Assembly: GCA_010093605.1 (NCBI GenBank) | Contig: MU004201.1 | Span: 310,001 to 340,833 of the forward strand | Source: Lophium mytilinum | Taxonomy: Eukaryota | Length of the DNA stretch: 30,833 nt | Reading direction: 5' to 3' | In this document: piece after piece, positions 1-12,063 of the stretch | Layout: each line of letters opens with the position of its first letter | Numbering within the stretch: position 1 is the stretch's first letter | The notes under the pieces: model-generated | Database searches by the model: none | What the model was told of the DNA's origin: nothing | What the model saw: the letters and a program-made list of their open reading frames with translations, nothing else | Position numbers and translations under genes: made by a program

Positions 1-3000
1 TATAATAAAGGCTTCCGCCTTTACTTCCTTAGCATATGCCTTACTAGCACCCCCCTTAGTAACTACGTAGCGCGGATAATAGGCTATTAGCCCTTTTACA
101 CCCTAGATAAAGCTATTAAGTATCTTAACGTTAAAAACCTGCTGCACAACCCTAAAGCTCTTACTTCTTAGCAACTTAACTAGTTAATATAGGGCAATAA
201 TAACCTTAATATATTCTACGCAAAATACTAAGCGCTTATAGTATAACTGCTAAAGCAAGAATACTATTAGAATGTTACCGCGCTTAAGGTAAAGATCCGC
301 CCCGGTATTACTAAGCCTGCGGGCGTTCTAGGAAAATAATACAAGAAAGAATATAAAGTTATTAACGCTTACTGCACCTAGCTCCTTAATTAGGCTTTAG
401 TAGACTATACCCAGCCCCGCCGATAATATAATAACTAGCCCGGATAGTATGGCTAGCAGCCTAACTCCTAAACTAATAGCTGCCGCGGTGGCTACCGCGG
501 CAACCGCCTATAGAACCCCCCTAACTAGACCCTTATAGGTTAGTTTTAAGCCACCTAGAACTAGGTCTCTTAGAATACTTAAAACTAAGGCTACTAGAAC
601 AACTAAAGCTAAGGATAAGCCTAGAATATAATAAATGCGCCTAGCTAGAATTGCTAGATGTCCGCACTACAGACACGTAAAGTCACAAACTTCCCTGTTA
701 GCGTTCCCGCTAATTAGCAGCGCCTAGCTCTAAGCCGTCTTATAGATAACTAAAAGCGTTAGCTTATAAATAAGAACTGTTACTTCTACTACTAACTTGT
801 TAGCTGTACCTCTACTAACTAGCAGTACTCTATAGAGCGTTCTATACTCGCCCTATAAGGCGTTAGCACGTACCCTAATAATATTATAACTCTAGCCCTA
901 GCCCCGTCTATAATATACGCCCTGTCTACTTACGCGGCCCTATCTATATACGCTCTATCTACCTACACGCCTACTATGTTTACTCTAGCTCCTACTAAAG
1001 TGGGTATTAACACTTCTATCTTATCTAGAGGCGCCGGAGGACCGTTTATAGGTTACGGCCAACCCTAAAATTAGAGCCAACCCTACTTAGAAAATGCTCG
1101 GTCCTAGATTATAGTCGCGATCTAGGGCGTATTTTTACTTAAGCAGTCTAATACTATAAAAATAAAGAATCCACACAGTTATAGTTAAGAAGGTTAGTTA
1201 TTCTAGCTGCCTCTCTTAGTAATAATGTTTAAGCGGGTTAAACTAATAAAAAGACCCTCTATAGCTTTCTAGTACTAGTAAAGATCTAGCGTTTCTATAA
1301 AGAACAACTACTAGATATAATTAAAGAACACCTTTACAGCGACACTAGAGTAGCTAATAAATTTATAGATACTACTTATGCGCACTAAATAAACTTCCCT
1401 ACCCGCCCCTTACCTAAATTACAAATACTTGAATTAGCTAACGGCTCTGCCGTCGCTAAAAAGATTACCCATGAAGCTCTTATTCCCATCGCTATTTAAG
1501 GCTATTAGAGCCGCAAATAGGCCTATATTACCGACCTCGGCGACTATAATATTATCTTAGGCCTCCGCTAGTTCTAGCGCTACAACCCGGCTATTAACTA
1601 GGTTACCGGCAAGATTAACTTTATAAAAAAGAAATATAATAGGATTTTCTATCCATATTACTGTTACTATATAAACAGCACTAATAGCGCTATTACCTAC
1701 GTAAAAGGCTTAGCACTACCTAATTTTATATATAATTATAATATTATACAGCCTTCTAATTCTATAGACTCTGCGCAATGTATAGGCGTTACAGCCTACC
1801 TTACTATGCGCCGTATAGCCGCTGTTAAAGAAGACTAACTTAATAATTTACCTTAACACGTCGCAGCCGACCTCGCTAATACCTGCAAGGATTTCCTAAC
1901 TTGTTCAAATCACCTCCAGGTCGTAGCTATGCAAACGAGCAACGTACCCGTTTACCTCCGCAAACTAGCTATACGCGATATTAAGAAGTTTATAGAAGTT
2001 AAGCAACACTATACTAAGAAGGAAACGTTTACTTAACTCCCCCCTAGTCTTTATAAATACGTCCGCATCTTTAACTAAGTTAATGTAGACAGCTTACCGC
2101 TATACTAACTAGGCATAGACTATAAGATTAACTAGGTTAATAGTATTAACCTAAGTAAACTACCTAAAGCCCGCCTGTATTCTATATCTGCTAATAAACT
2201 TTATATTATTAAGAAATAGCTTAATAATAATCTAGCTAAGGGCTACATTAGACGATTATAATTATAAGTCTCTTTACCTATCCTCCTTATACGCAAGCTA
2301 GGGGGCGGTGTCTAGTTCTGCGTTAACTATAGAGCCGTTAACGCCCTTACCGTTAAAACTTATTATCCTATACCCCTTATATAAGAGATACTTTACTATC
2401 TTAGAAAAGCTAAGTAGTTTACTAAGCTTAACATTATTGCCGCCTTTAATAAAGTCTGTATGGCCCTAGGCTATAAGTATAAAATAGCTTTTGCAATACG
2501 CTATAGCGAATACAAGTCCCTTATTATACCTTTTAGCGTTATAGGAGGACTAGAAACCTTCTAGTCCTTTATTAATTAAATACTGTATAACTTCCTTAAT
2601 ACATTCTATATAGCGTACCTTAATAATATCCTTATCTATATAGGAGGCTCTAAAGCTAAATATAAAGCTTACGTTATAGCTATACTTAAATAATTAGACG
2701 CAGCAGGCTTATATATTAACTTATCCAAGTGCGCGTTTAATTAAAAAGAAGTTACCTACTTAGAACTAATAATCTTAACTAACGGAATCCGCATAGATCT
2801 AGAGAAAGTTGCCGCCATCCTTAAATAGAACACTCTAACCTGCATTAAGGACGTCTAAGCCTTTATCGGGCTGTCTAATCTTTACTAGCGATTTATATAC
2901 GGGTTCTTATATATTATTAAACCTCTTACTAATATAATAAAGCTTTAAGAGGGATAGAAAAAAGCCCGCTTCTTATAGATAGAGGCCTATAAAAAGGCCT

Positions 3001-3337
3001 TCCGCGCGCTTAAGAAAGCGTTTATAGAAGTACCCGTCCTTATGCACTTCTAATACGGTAAGAAGGTCTTCCTTAAAATAGACGTTTCGGATTACGTAAT
3101 AGCCGGCGTTATATCCTAAATTAGACCTAACAGCCTACTATATCTAGTTGCCTTTTTCTCTTCTAAGATGTTACTAGCTAAATGCAACTACGAGATCTAT
3201 AACAAAGAACTCCTTGCCGTAGTTATAGCTTTTGAAGAGTAGAGACCCGGGCTCGCGAGCGCTAACTCTAAAGACCTAACCAACATTCTTATAGATTACT
3301 ATAATCTAGAATAGTTTATAACTACTAAGAAACTTAA
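1..3337 (+). mobile_element. Ty3/Gypsy chromovirus 'A', 5' part (gag remnant, protease, RT, RNase H); heavily RIP-mutated; 5' LTR lies outside the window
   Basis: Protease D-T-(G>R) at 1341, LELA(D)G and DLGDYNIILGL follow. RT motifs PILLIRKLGGGV*FCVNYRAVN (~2277-2342) and YLNN (=YLDD, 2616-2627). RNase H motifs IDVSDYVIAGV (~3078) and NYEIYNKELLAVV (~3186). Ends abruptly at TTKKLN. Confidence 0.9.
1320..3337 (+). pseudogene. pol: pol (PR-RT-RNase H) of element A, RIP-inactivated and truncated
   Basis: Domain motifs as listed for element A; many TAA/TAG stops at Gln/Trp positions. Start is approximate. Confidence 0.88.
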
Positions 3338-3492
3338 TTATTATCTCTTCTTCTTGCAAAGTCTACTCTAGGCAGCATAACGGCTACGGCCTTATCTTTA
3401 AAATATAATTAAGGTTATCCTCTCCTACTCTCTCTCCCCCCTTAGTAGACGTAATTCTTACTCCTATAACTATCCCGCCCTCTACTACTATA
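3338..3492 (+). repeat. 5' LTR of B, missing its first ~90 bp
   Basis: Aligns to 15715-15872 (ttatctcttcttctt...tatcccgccctctactac); terminal CCACA is RIP-mutated to CTATA. Confidence 0.92.
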
Positions 3493-3496
3493 TAAA

Positions 3497-3514
3497 TGGC
3501 GACCAGCACAGGAC
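3497..3514 (+). promoter_or_regulatory. Primer-binding site of B (tRNA-Ser-like)
   Basis: TGGCGACCAGCACAGGAC(T) lies 4 nt after the LTR. Its reverse complement AGT-CCTGT-GCTGGTC-G-CCA reads as T-stem, 7-nt acceptor strand, G discriminator and CCA, resembling tRNA-Ser 3' ends (...GTCGCCA). Confidence 0.7.
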
Positions 3515-3796
3515 TTTAACAGTAATAGCCTCGTCCTTAGAAAAAGCAACTAGCTAAGTTTCTTATCTCCTTCTAAGTCTATAATAGAGACGTCTATCTA
3601 TCTTTCCTAGTATTAGTTGTAAAGCAGTCTACGAATTAGCGGCAGTAGTGGCCTATTATTAGTTTAGCATTACTAGTCAGCCCGCAGCCTCTGCAGCCTG
3701 TTATTAGTCTTTCTAGTTTATATTAGCTATTATATTCTACATTAGCCGCCCCATACAGTTACAGCCTTACTATCTAGAATTAGTCCTGCCGTTTAG

Positions 3797-3899
3797 CTAT
3801 AGTCTTTCCATTCTACTACAGTCTTTCCATTCTACTACAGTCTTTCTATTCTACTACAGTCTTTCTATTCTACTACAGTCTTTCCATTCTACTACAGTC
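3797..3899 (+). repeat. 19-bp tandem repeat (CTACAGTCTTTCCATTCTA x ~5.4) in the 5' UTR of B
   Basis: Units start at 3797, 3816, 3835, 3854, 3873 and 3892 (partial); they differ only by C>T. Confidence 0.95.
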
Positions 3900-4485
3900 C
3901 TGCTATTTAGCCGCGGCCTCCCTGTTTGCATAGCGGCCTATAGCTGTGTTATCTTCGGGGCATCTAGGGGACCCTAAGAATTGCCAAGAAGGTTATTTAC
4001 TTTTAAGGCTGCCCGCAGGCCTGTGCTTTCCTTAGTATTGGAACTATTAGCCGCACTCAGCAAAGCGGCTAAAGCGGCCGAAGCTAGGATACCGCTATTA
4101 GGCCCAGAATCAGCACCGGCCATTATACAGAGACCTCCTGGCCAGTAGGATGGCTGCCCGGCAGCTAAGAGGCGACTATTACGGGCATCAGGCCCACCAT
4201 CGGATGCAGTACCGATGGCCTTAGGAACGCCGGAGTCGACAGAGCGAGCGCCTATAGGGGGTGCGACTCGTAAGAACGGCCACGCGGAGGCCCCGGCTAA
4301 GGGAAGAAACGAAGTGGCGGTTACCACGGGCGCAGGCAGATGATATATTTAAGGAAGCGTTCCCTTAGGTCGGAAAGAAGACTTAGCAGCTCCTATCAGC
4401 CGTCTACTTGTTATCATTCCTGACTACTTCTATTATTATCTCAGCCATCCGCGGATTCCTGGTCGCCCTCGCACCTATCGATAGA

Positions 4486-7272
4486 ATGGCGGACTTTACT
4501 ACCTTTCCGCACCTAGCGGCAGTAGACGGAGACAGCATTTTAACCTCTCGCCCGCTAGGTGAACACCATGAGGACCTTGCTCCTAAAGGGCAGGCCCGCG
4601 CGGAGCCTACTTAAGAATAGAGCACTAATCCTCCTCTATCTAACGCGATCATGAACCCGGCGTCCGAATCTTGTTTCTAGGGGCTAGGTATACCTTAGGC
4701 CACAGGTGCGCCCATGCCAACGGTACACCCGCAGGAAATCCGCATCATCCATCCGCTGCCTGGGCTTAGATCTCTAGAGTCCCCTCAGTTCACGGGCGTT
4801 AATGTTACTTAGTTCCTCCGTGACTTTAAAGACATGTGCTCTCGCTATTACGTTACAAGCGGTGATAATAAGATTAAGAAGATACTGGAATACTATAGCG
4901 AGCACATCAGGGAATGGCTTTAGACGACCCCGGAAATCACTTTGCCCTTCGCTGGTTGGACGGGCGTTGTACGCATGATAAAGAAGGAATTCCGTTTATA
5001 GAATAGCCACGCCAGGGTCGCTAAACTAGAGTTCCTGGAGGAATATGTGAAGGTGGCAAAGGCAAAACACGAGTCTGGGGAGATGTTTGATATTAAGCAG
5101 TACTGCCGCGAGTTCACTACCATCTCTTAGTACGCTGTTACTGCCGGAAACCTAATAGACTATAAGCGCGGATATAAGTTTATTATGGGGCTCCTAAAGA
5201 AGTATCGCATGAAGGCCATAAGCAGGGCAAACGCTCTTGCTAATGACAGGACGACCTTCCACTTTAAGAAGCTGCGCCGTGCGGTCCTGGAAAGCTATCA
5301 CGCTCTTCGGGGCGCTAAGCAGGTGGGAGAAACGGATACGGACAGCGTCGCCCTGTTAGTGTCAGCATTTCAAGGAGAGCAGCTACCTGCCACCTTGGCA
5401 TCACCAGCATCCGGCCAAGCGTCCTACGGAGGTGGCTATCATGCGCAGGAACCAGCAGCGGCAGCATCTACGGCGCCCATTGCGGTGCCAACCATCCGTT
5501 AACCAGCTCTATTAACGGATACGAACATAGATATGATCACGGAACAGCTTCGAGGGCTAAAGCTCAACGCGGTAGAACTTACTAATTACATTTCCAAGTA
5601 CCCGATGATTGATTAGGCCTTCCGGAACCCCACTAATCTGCTCCGTGCCGGAAACGCTGCTGCCGTTTAAGTCGTTCCAGCAGCACGCGCTATGCCAGCT
5701 CGGGAATCTACTGCACCGCTAACGCGTCCTCCTTAGCAGTACGGTAGCTATAGCGGAGGTGCCGCCGCACAGAGACCTGGAGTAATGGAATGCTTCGGAT
5801 ACGGAGAAGTAGGCTACGTCTGGGGACGCTGTCCGCAGATTGAGCGCCTTGTGGAATTCAACCTGGTGCACTTGGATGGCTATCGCCTAGTTCCTGGAAG
5901 GAAGGGCCATCCTGTTAGCGACTTTGAATGAATGCTGGAACGTAATCGCGTATAATATGTTAAGGACATGATTATTAGGAACCGTGGCGATCTAGAAAAG
6001 CCAGCACCTTCCTCTACCGCTGCTCCTACAGCCACGGGAGGCCAGGTCACCGCAGTTAGTGTAGGCTTCCAAGAGGCCTACGCGGAGGATGGAGAGGAAG
6101 AAGAATTAGGCCAGAACTGGGAAGATGAATTTGGCGTGCAGGACCTTTTAGTTGACTACAGCGTCAGCGCAGTAGCCAACAACACTAGAGGAAAGGCCCC
6201 CGTGCGTGCTCCTGTGCAGGGAGGGTCGAGAGTATAGAAACTAACAAACGGTCCGCAAAAGGCGACTGTAAGGACCTCTAGGCCTGGAGATTACGCGATG
6301 CTAGGACGGGCCCTTAAGGAACAGGACGGTGAACGTTCTCAAATAATGGACTACAAGGCTGGGCCCCAACAGGGTGATGGAGGTTAGCCCCGTCCGCCGC
6401 GAGTGAAGCCCGTACGAATAATGGACCTTCTAAGGCAGAAGGCCGCCCTAATGACGGGAATCGTGGAGAACATGATAACGGCCACGGTGGAGATGTTAAT
6501 TGCCGATATGCTCGTGCATATGCCTAATGCTGCAAAGCTATTCTTTAAGCCGCTAAGCCCTAATCTGGCGGAACCTATACAATAAGAACAGCAACAAATG
6601 ATCTAGCAGCAGCTATCGCAGCCACGATTTGGGCCCGGAATACGTACTATTGGCGAAGTGGCATCTATTAATGCTCGATACTTCCCCGCCGCGGATATAG
6701 CTGGAATGAATGCCAGCGAGATACTGTGTATAGAAACAGATGCAGGCTTTACTAGGTATTGTAGGCCGTGCCCGCAAGCATAAATTACTATCGGAAAGGG
6801 ACGGTTAAGCGCGTTAGTTGATTCTGGAGCAGAAATGAACATCATTTAGGAAAATGGGGCCCGAAGAATAGGCCTACCGATTGACAGTCTTCCAGGGGAA
6901 ATGGCTAGAGGAGTGATGACGGCCGCAAACGGTACGACTACCGGCTTCTCTGGCGTCATACGCCGTGCCGACGTTAGTATTAGTGGCGTCACTACTCCAA
7001 CTAACTTTGTAGTGGTTTAAGATATAAACTACGACGTAATTCTCGGCGAGCCGTGGTTATGTTAGGTTAGCCTGGAAACGAAACGAACGCCAGCAGGAGG
7101 AGTGACCTGCCTTATTACTGCCCCGAACGGGTCAATCCGCACGAGCTTCACGGCCATTTATAAAGAAGTAGGCTTCCTCCGTCCCGATGAATCTATGGAG
7201 GTGGGGGGGACGCGATTTAAGAGTATAGGCGCCAGCATTATTAGTGCGGGAAACGCCATGCCGGGGCAATAA
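4486..7272 (+). pseudogene. gag: gag-protease ORF of B (single frame, RIP stops)
   Basis: ORF fragments at 4408, 5185, 5968 and 6403 share one frame. Motifs: PQFTGVNVT*FLRDF capsid-like; zinc knuckle C-F-G-(C>Y)-G-E-V-G-(H>Y)-V-W-G-R-C at 5791-5832; aspartic protease ALVDSGAEMNI at 6811-6843; DVILGEPWL at ~7033. The start codon is uncertain (4486 or 4651). Confidence 0.88.
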
Positions 7273-7298
7273 CCAGTGTTGCTTCGGTAAGTGCTAGT
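7248..7298 (+). promoter_or_regulatory. Programmed -1 ribosomal frameshift signal (slippery heptamer plus stem-loop/pseudoknot)
   Basis: G_GGA_AAC at 7248-7254 is in phase with the gag frame. A 13-bp stem forms between 7259-7271 and 7277-7289 (with G-U pairs), loop ACCAG. The gag frame stops at 7270-7272 and pol is in the -1 frame. Confidence 0.8.
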
Positions 7299-10200
7299 AT
7301 TCCGGTATTAGATCTCCCACCGTCCGGGGAGAACCCTATGGAGGCCAGGCACAGCACGGCGGACGTCTTCGGGTGGAGGAAGTTACCGTTGGAAGCTCGA
7401 CAGCGAGATGTGGAGAGCGCAAGAAAGAAGACGGATGCTACGCACGTGTTTGTGGCACGAGCAAATGGCTTATGCTATTAATTAATAAGGGAAACAGACC
7501 TCTTTAGAATGCAGATAGAGATGCGGCAGCAGGACGTTAGACGCCAACAGCTTAACGGTACTGCTAAATATCGACAACGCAGCGCTAACGTTGCTACGCT
7601 GTACAAACGAAAAGCGGACAAGGTGCGGCCAGTTGATTCCTCGGAACAGGATTGCGTGGGTTTAGGGGGAATTAGGGAATGGAAGGAGAGGGCCAAGCAG
7701 CGCCAACAGTTGTTGCTTAATGAATAGCAGGCCGCGGGCCATAACCTACCCACCGGGCGTTTCGACGATGTGCTGGAGGCACGCTATGCGCCGTTTCCCT
7801 GTGGAACTCGGCTAACGGACGAACGCATGAAGAAGCTTCTAGTTGGAACCCACTTGAAGTCTCAGGAACTTAAGCTGCTAAAGGAAATGCTGCACCGATA
7901 AGAGGGGGCCCTATTGTTCGATTTCACAGAGATGGGGCGTGTTCATCCTAACGTCGCGCCGCCACAAAAGATCAGGACTGTCCCTCACAATGCCTGGCAG
8001 GCAAAGCCCTTTCCCGTTCCAAGGAAGCTCCAAGAGACCGTGACGGAAATGGTGAGGGAGAGGCTCGAGAAGGGAACCCTAGAACCGTGTTAAAGCCCGT
8101 GTAGGAACCCATGGTTCCTTATAAAAAAGAAGGATAGGAAGTATCGCCTTATTAACGCGGCAATGAAGATTAATGCTGTTACTATTCGGGACGCCAACTT
8201 ACCGCCAACTGCGGATAAGTACTCTGAGGAGTTTGCATGCTGCAAGGTCCTCTCGCTTATTAATTTCTTCTCCAGCTACGATTAGATACCCCTAGACCCG
8301 GAGAGCCGTAATCTTACTGCATTTATAACGAGCCTAGGCCTAATGCGTTAGACGACACTACCGCAGGGAGGAACGAACTCAGTCGCGCAGTTCGTGCGCA
8401 TCATCCTTGAGATTCTTAGCGATCACGTTCCTACAATTGCGCTACCCTTCCTGGACGACATAGGCGTAAAGGGGCCCAAAACGACTTACGGGAACGAAGA
8501 ATTAATGCCGGGCATCCGGCGCTACGTGATGGAGCACATTCAGAACCTGGACGCCGTCCTGGCTGATCTCGAACGGGCCGGATGCACTATCAGCGGTGCC
8601 AAATCCTTCTTCTGCGTGGAGGAGGTCGTAATCGTCGGGTATAAGTGCAATGGGACGGGAAGGCATCCGAATAACGATAAGGTTGAAAAGATCGTTAATT
8701 GGAAGCCGTGCAATTTAGTGACAGCAGTGCGGGCCTTTCTAGGTATTTGCACGTACTTTCGCATATAGATTAAAGGATACGTAAGCGTTGCTAAGCCCCT
8801 CTTTCGGCTGACTAAAGTAACCGTGAGATTCGTATGGGGACCTAAGCAGGCTAGGGCGATGGAGTCGTTGAAAAGGATGCTAACTTCCGCGCCTGCGCTG
8901 GTTAGCCTTGACTTCAGTGACGGGGCAGGAGAAATCATACTCGCCGTAGATGCTAGCACCGGCGGATAGGGGTGCTGTTTAATGCAGCTTGACGCTGAAG
9001 GACGGCAGCACCCTGTGCGATACAAAAGTGGCATCTAGTTATCGGCGGAACGGAAGTATAATGCTGGGAAACTTAAATGCAGAGCACTACTACTATTACT
9101 AAAGAAGCTTCGCCGATACCTCTACGGGGCAACATTTACGGTGGAAACGGATGCAAAAACGCTAGTGGCTCAACTTAACAGGGCTGCGACGGATCTTCCC
9201 GGCTCTTTGATAACACGGTGGCTGGCCTAGATACAGCTATGGGACTTCTAGGTTCGTCACGTACCTGGGAAAAGAAACGGCGCTGCAGACAGGCTCTCTT
9301 AACGTCCTCCGGATAATGATAAGGTCCTGGAGGAACTATATGAGGACATTGATGCATTCATTAATAGTAAGATTGGAGCCGTAAGATTCGACATCTCCCC
9401 GGCGGCAGCGGGGCATGCAGAGGATGCCACAGAGGAGGTGTATAATGCGCAGCTGGCAGAGGGGTATTTAGAGGAATCGGAGCGTATCGCCGCCTGGCTA
9501 ACAATAATGCAACGCCCCGCAGGCATGGATCGAAAGGAATATCGCTCGTTTAAGAAGAACGCCTGCCGATTCGTTGTTCGAGAGCGCTACCTCTTCCGCC
9601 GTCAATCTAAAAACGTGCCTATTCAACGGGTTATTGATGACCCGGAGCTGCGCAAGGAGACCATTAGAAATCTCCATAACGATGGGGCTTATCGCGGGCG
9701 AGAAGGGACGTACCAGCGAATAGCTTACAGATACTGGTGGCTAAACCTCTAGCAGGAAGTCTGCACCTTCGTTACTAGCTGCAAGGAGTGCTAAAGTCGA
9801 GCATTAAACCGTACGCAAGAGGCCTTGCATCCTACTTGGGAGAGTGTGCTGTGGGAACGGGTATTAATTGACATCGTTAAGCTGCCAACCTGCAGAGGTT
9901 TCCAATTTATCATCGTCGCCCGAGAATACGTCTCTGGTTGGGTAGAGGCTCGTGCTCTGCGGAAGGCCGACTTAAAATCTGTTGCAAAATTCCTATACGA
10001 GGACGTTATCACGCGCTACGGTCTAATGGGGAGGCTAAACGTTAATGGTGGAGGAGAAAATATGGGGGAAGTGCTCTAGATGCTCGCACTCTATAGCGTT
10101 AAACGCGTCCAGGCCTCGGCGTATTACCCAGAGGCTTAGAGCCTCATTAAGCGCGGCCATCGCCCTATCCTAGACGCCCTGGTAAAGATGGGAGGAGACT

Positions 10201-11102
10201 AACCACAGAATCTCTTCGCCGTACTATGGGCAGACAGAACGACTATGCGCATTAGCACGGGCATAACTCCAGCCAGAATGCTCTTTGGGCAAGAGTATAT
10301 CCTTCTAATCGACCTCGCCATCCCAACCTGGCAGGCACTCCCGTGGAATACCGTGCGCACTACTGCGGATCTCCTTGAGCTGCGCGCTCGCCAATTGCAA
10401 CGTCGCAAGGAGGACGTTAAGGAGGCTGTGGCTCGGACTATACGCCACCGTCTGAATAACAAGGAGGAATTTAACGGCCGGAAGCATATACGGGAGGCCG
10501 GGTACGCAGCTGGCGATATAGTACTTCTCTGGGACAGCGTGCGAGAGAAGGATATAAGTAGAGCTAGGAAGCTAAGCCCCCGATGGCTAGGCCCTTTCCG
10601 CGTTTGAGATGGGACCGCCATGGGATCCTACCAGCTCGAGGAGCTTGATGGCATAAAGTTCCGCGGCAGAACGCCTAGCAGTTGCCTGAAGTTGTTTATC
10701 TAGAGGGACCCTAATAGCGTGGCGGCTAAAGACCGCCTAGAGAGAATAGGGACAGCTCCGGAGGACGACGCCCCGAACGAGGCGTGGTGGGAACCTATTA
10801 ATCCCGCGTATAACGAGCGGCCGCCCGCTCTTAATAGTACTTCTGTTCCTAAAGCAATTACAGATGAGCCTGACTTTAAACAAGAGCTGCCTCCGCGCCT
10901 GCAGCATGAAGTCCGCATTACGATCCCGCAGGCGTTTAACCGGGATAAATACCAGGCCTTTAATGATAACGGGGCGCCCGTGCTGCCTGCGCCCATAGCC
11001 CCTTAGCCTAGTGTTTGTATTGTTCCCCTAGTAAACTTTAATCCCGACGAGTATACGCGCTTTAAGGAGGAGGACCTTATTAATTTTTCCAATTTAGATT
11101 GA
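7254..11102 (+). pseudogene. pol: pol (RT-RNase H-integrase) of B, RIP-inactivated, no chromodomain
   Basis: Fragments at 7509, 8394, 9438, 9825, 10245 and 10719 are all in one frame. RT: NPWFLIKKKD, LPQGGTNSVAQF, FLDD at 8448-8459. RNase H: ILAVDAS at ~8937. Integrase: H..(H)..CKEC, LIDIV, N(D)GGGEN, GLI(E)RGH, and GPY/F motif KLSPRWLGPFRV. Probable true stop TGA at 11100-11102. Confidence 0.95.
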
Positions 11103-11150
11103 TTCCTGCGCGCGTGCAACTTGCTACCTAGGTATTTAATTCGGGGGCGT

Positions 11151-11182
11151 TCGATTATGGGACAATCTCGTAGGTGGGGAGG
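11151..11182 (+). promoter_or_regulatory. Internal copy of the hairpin plus polypurine-tract motif, just after pol
   Basis: tcgattatgggacaatctcgTAGGTGGGGAGG compared with the terminal tcgtcatgggacgactccTAGGTGGGGAGG (15595-15623). Confidence 0.75.
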
Positions 11183-12063
11183 AGGACCTGAGCCGTGCCT
11201 GCTCATCGTTAGCAAGTTGCAAAAACCTGGGTTTGACCTCACGCCCTCACCCTATTACGACTTCACGACGTTTTCCTTAGTTTCCGTTTCCTGAGGTAAT
11301 GCGCGGGCAAGGTAGAAGTGATGGTATTGTGCGGATTGGCGCCAGAAGAGACTGCTAATAAGGCGGTGAGCGACCTGGCTAATCAAGAGTTTTCGTGTCG
11401 GATTCTGCCGTAACATGAAAACTTGTAATTGGCTGGATTAGACATTACGTTTACTGCCTAGTCCGGATAGCAGTATATTCCGTCCCGCTAACCGCATATC
11501 TATTACTACTATCACTACTATTACCGCCCACCTCTCCTTTCTACCTATAACCTCTTCCTCTTTCTATTTAAGCCTTTTAAGTTCTATATAGCCTTAACCA
11601 CCAGCAAGAATAAGTCCTGCTGCACGCCAGAAGCTGCCTGCGCAGCCTAAGAGTGCCTACTCTTAATAACGCTATCCACGGTTGTTGCAGACTACCCAAT
11701 CTTGCTTACAGACTACTTATTCCTGTATGCAGCCTTACCATGCTCCTCTAGTCTTCGTAAGAACAACTGCACGAGCAACCTTACTATCTACAGTCCTTCT
11801 ATTTCACCTTCAGTCCTACCACCCTACTTCAGCCTTTCTTCCTTAAGCTAAGGACGGAGCGCACGCCGCTCACCGCCTCTCTGCCAAAGAGACACCGCCA
11901 GTATCGTGCCTCCCCTCTTAAGAACCTCACCTTCTTCTGCTTTCCTCCTTAGCTCCTGTCAGTTAATTATTAGCTGCCGTCCTCCTCTAGCGCTTTAAGC
12001 CTTCTCCATTCTGTCCGCCCTCCAGCACCATCTGCCAGATCCATCGCCAACGAGCCGCCCGCA

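Noticed and set aside
3797..3899. Possible CRISPR array
   Set aside because: Head-to-tail repeats with no spacers, in a eukaryotic retrotransposon context.
3974..4327. 117-aa minus-strand ORF in B's 5' UTR
   Set aside because: Ala/Pro/Ser-rich, non-ATG start and no recognisable motif. An antisense gene cannot be fully excluded but is unsupported.
8540..9034. 164-aa minus-strand ORF and similar antisense ORFs (7478, 9299, 9791, 10199, 10700)
   Set aside because: Shadows of the pol reading frame.
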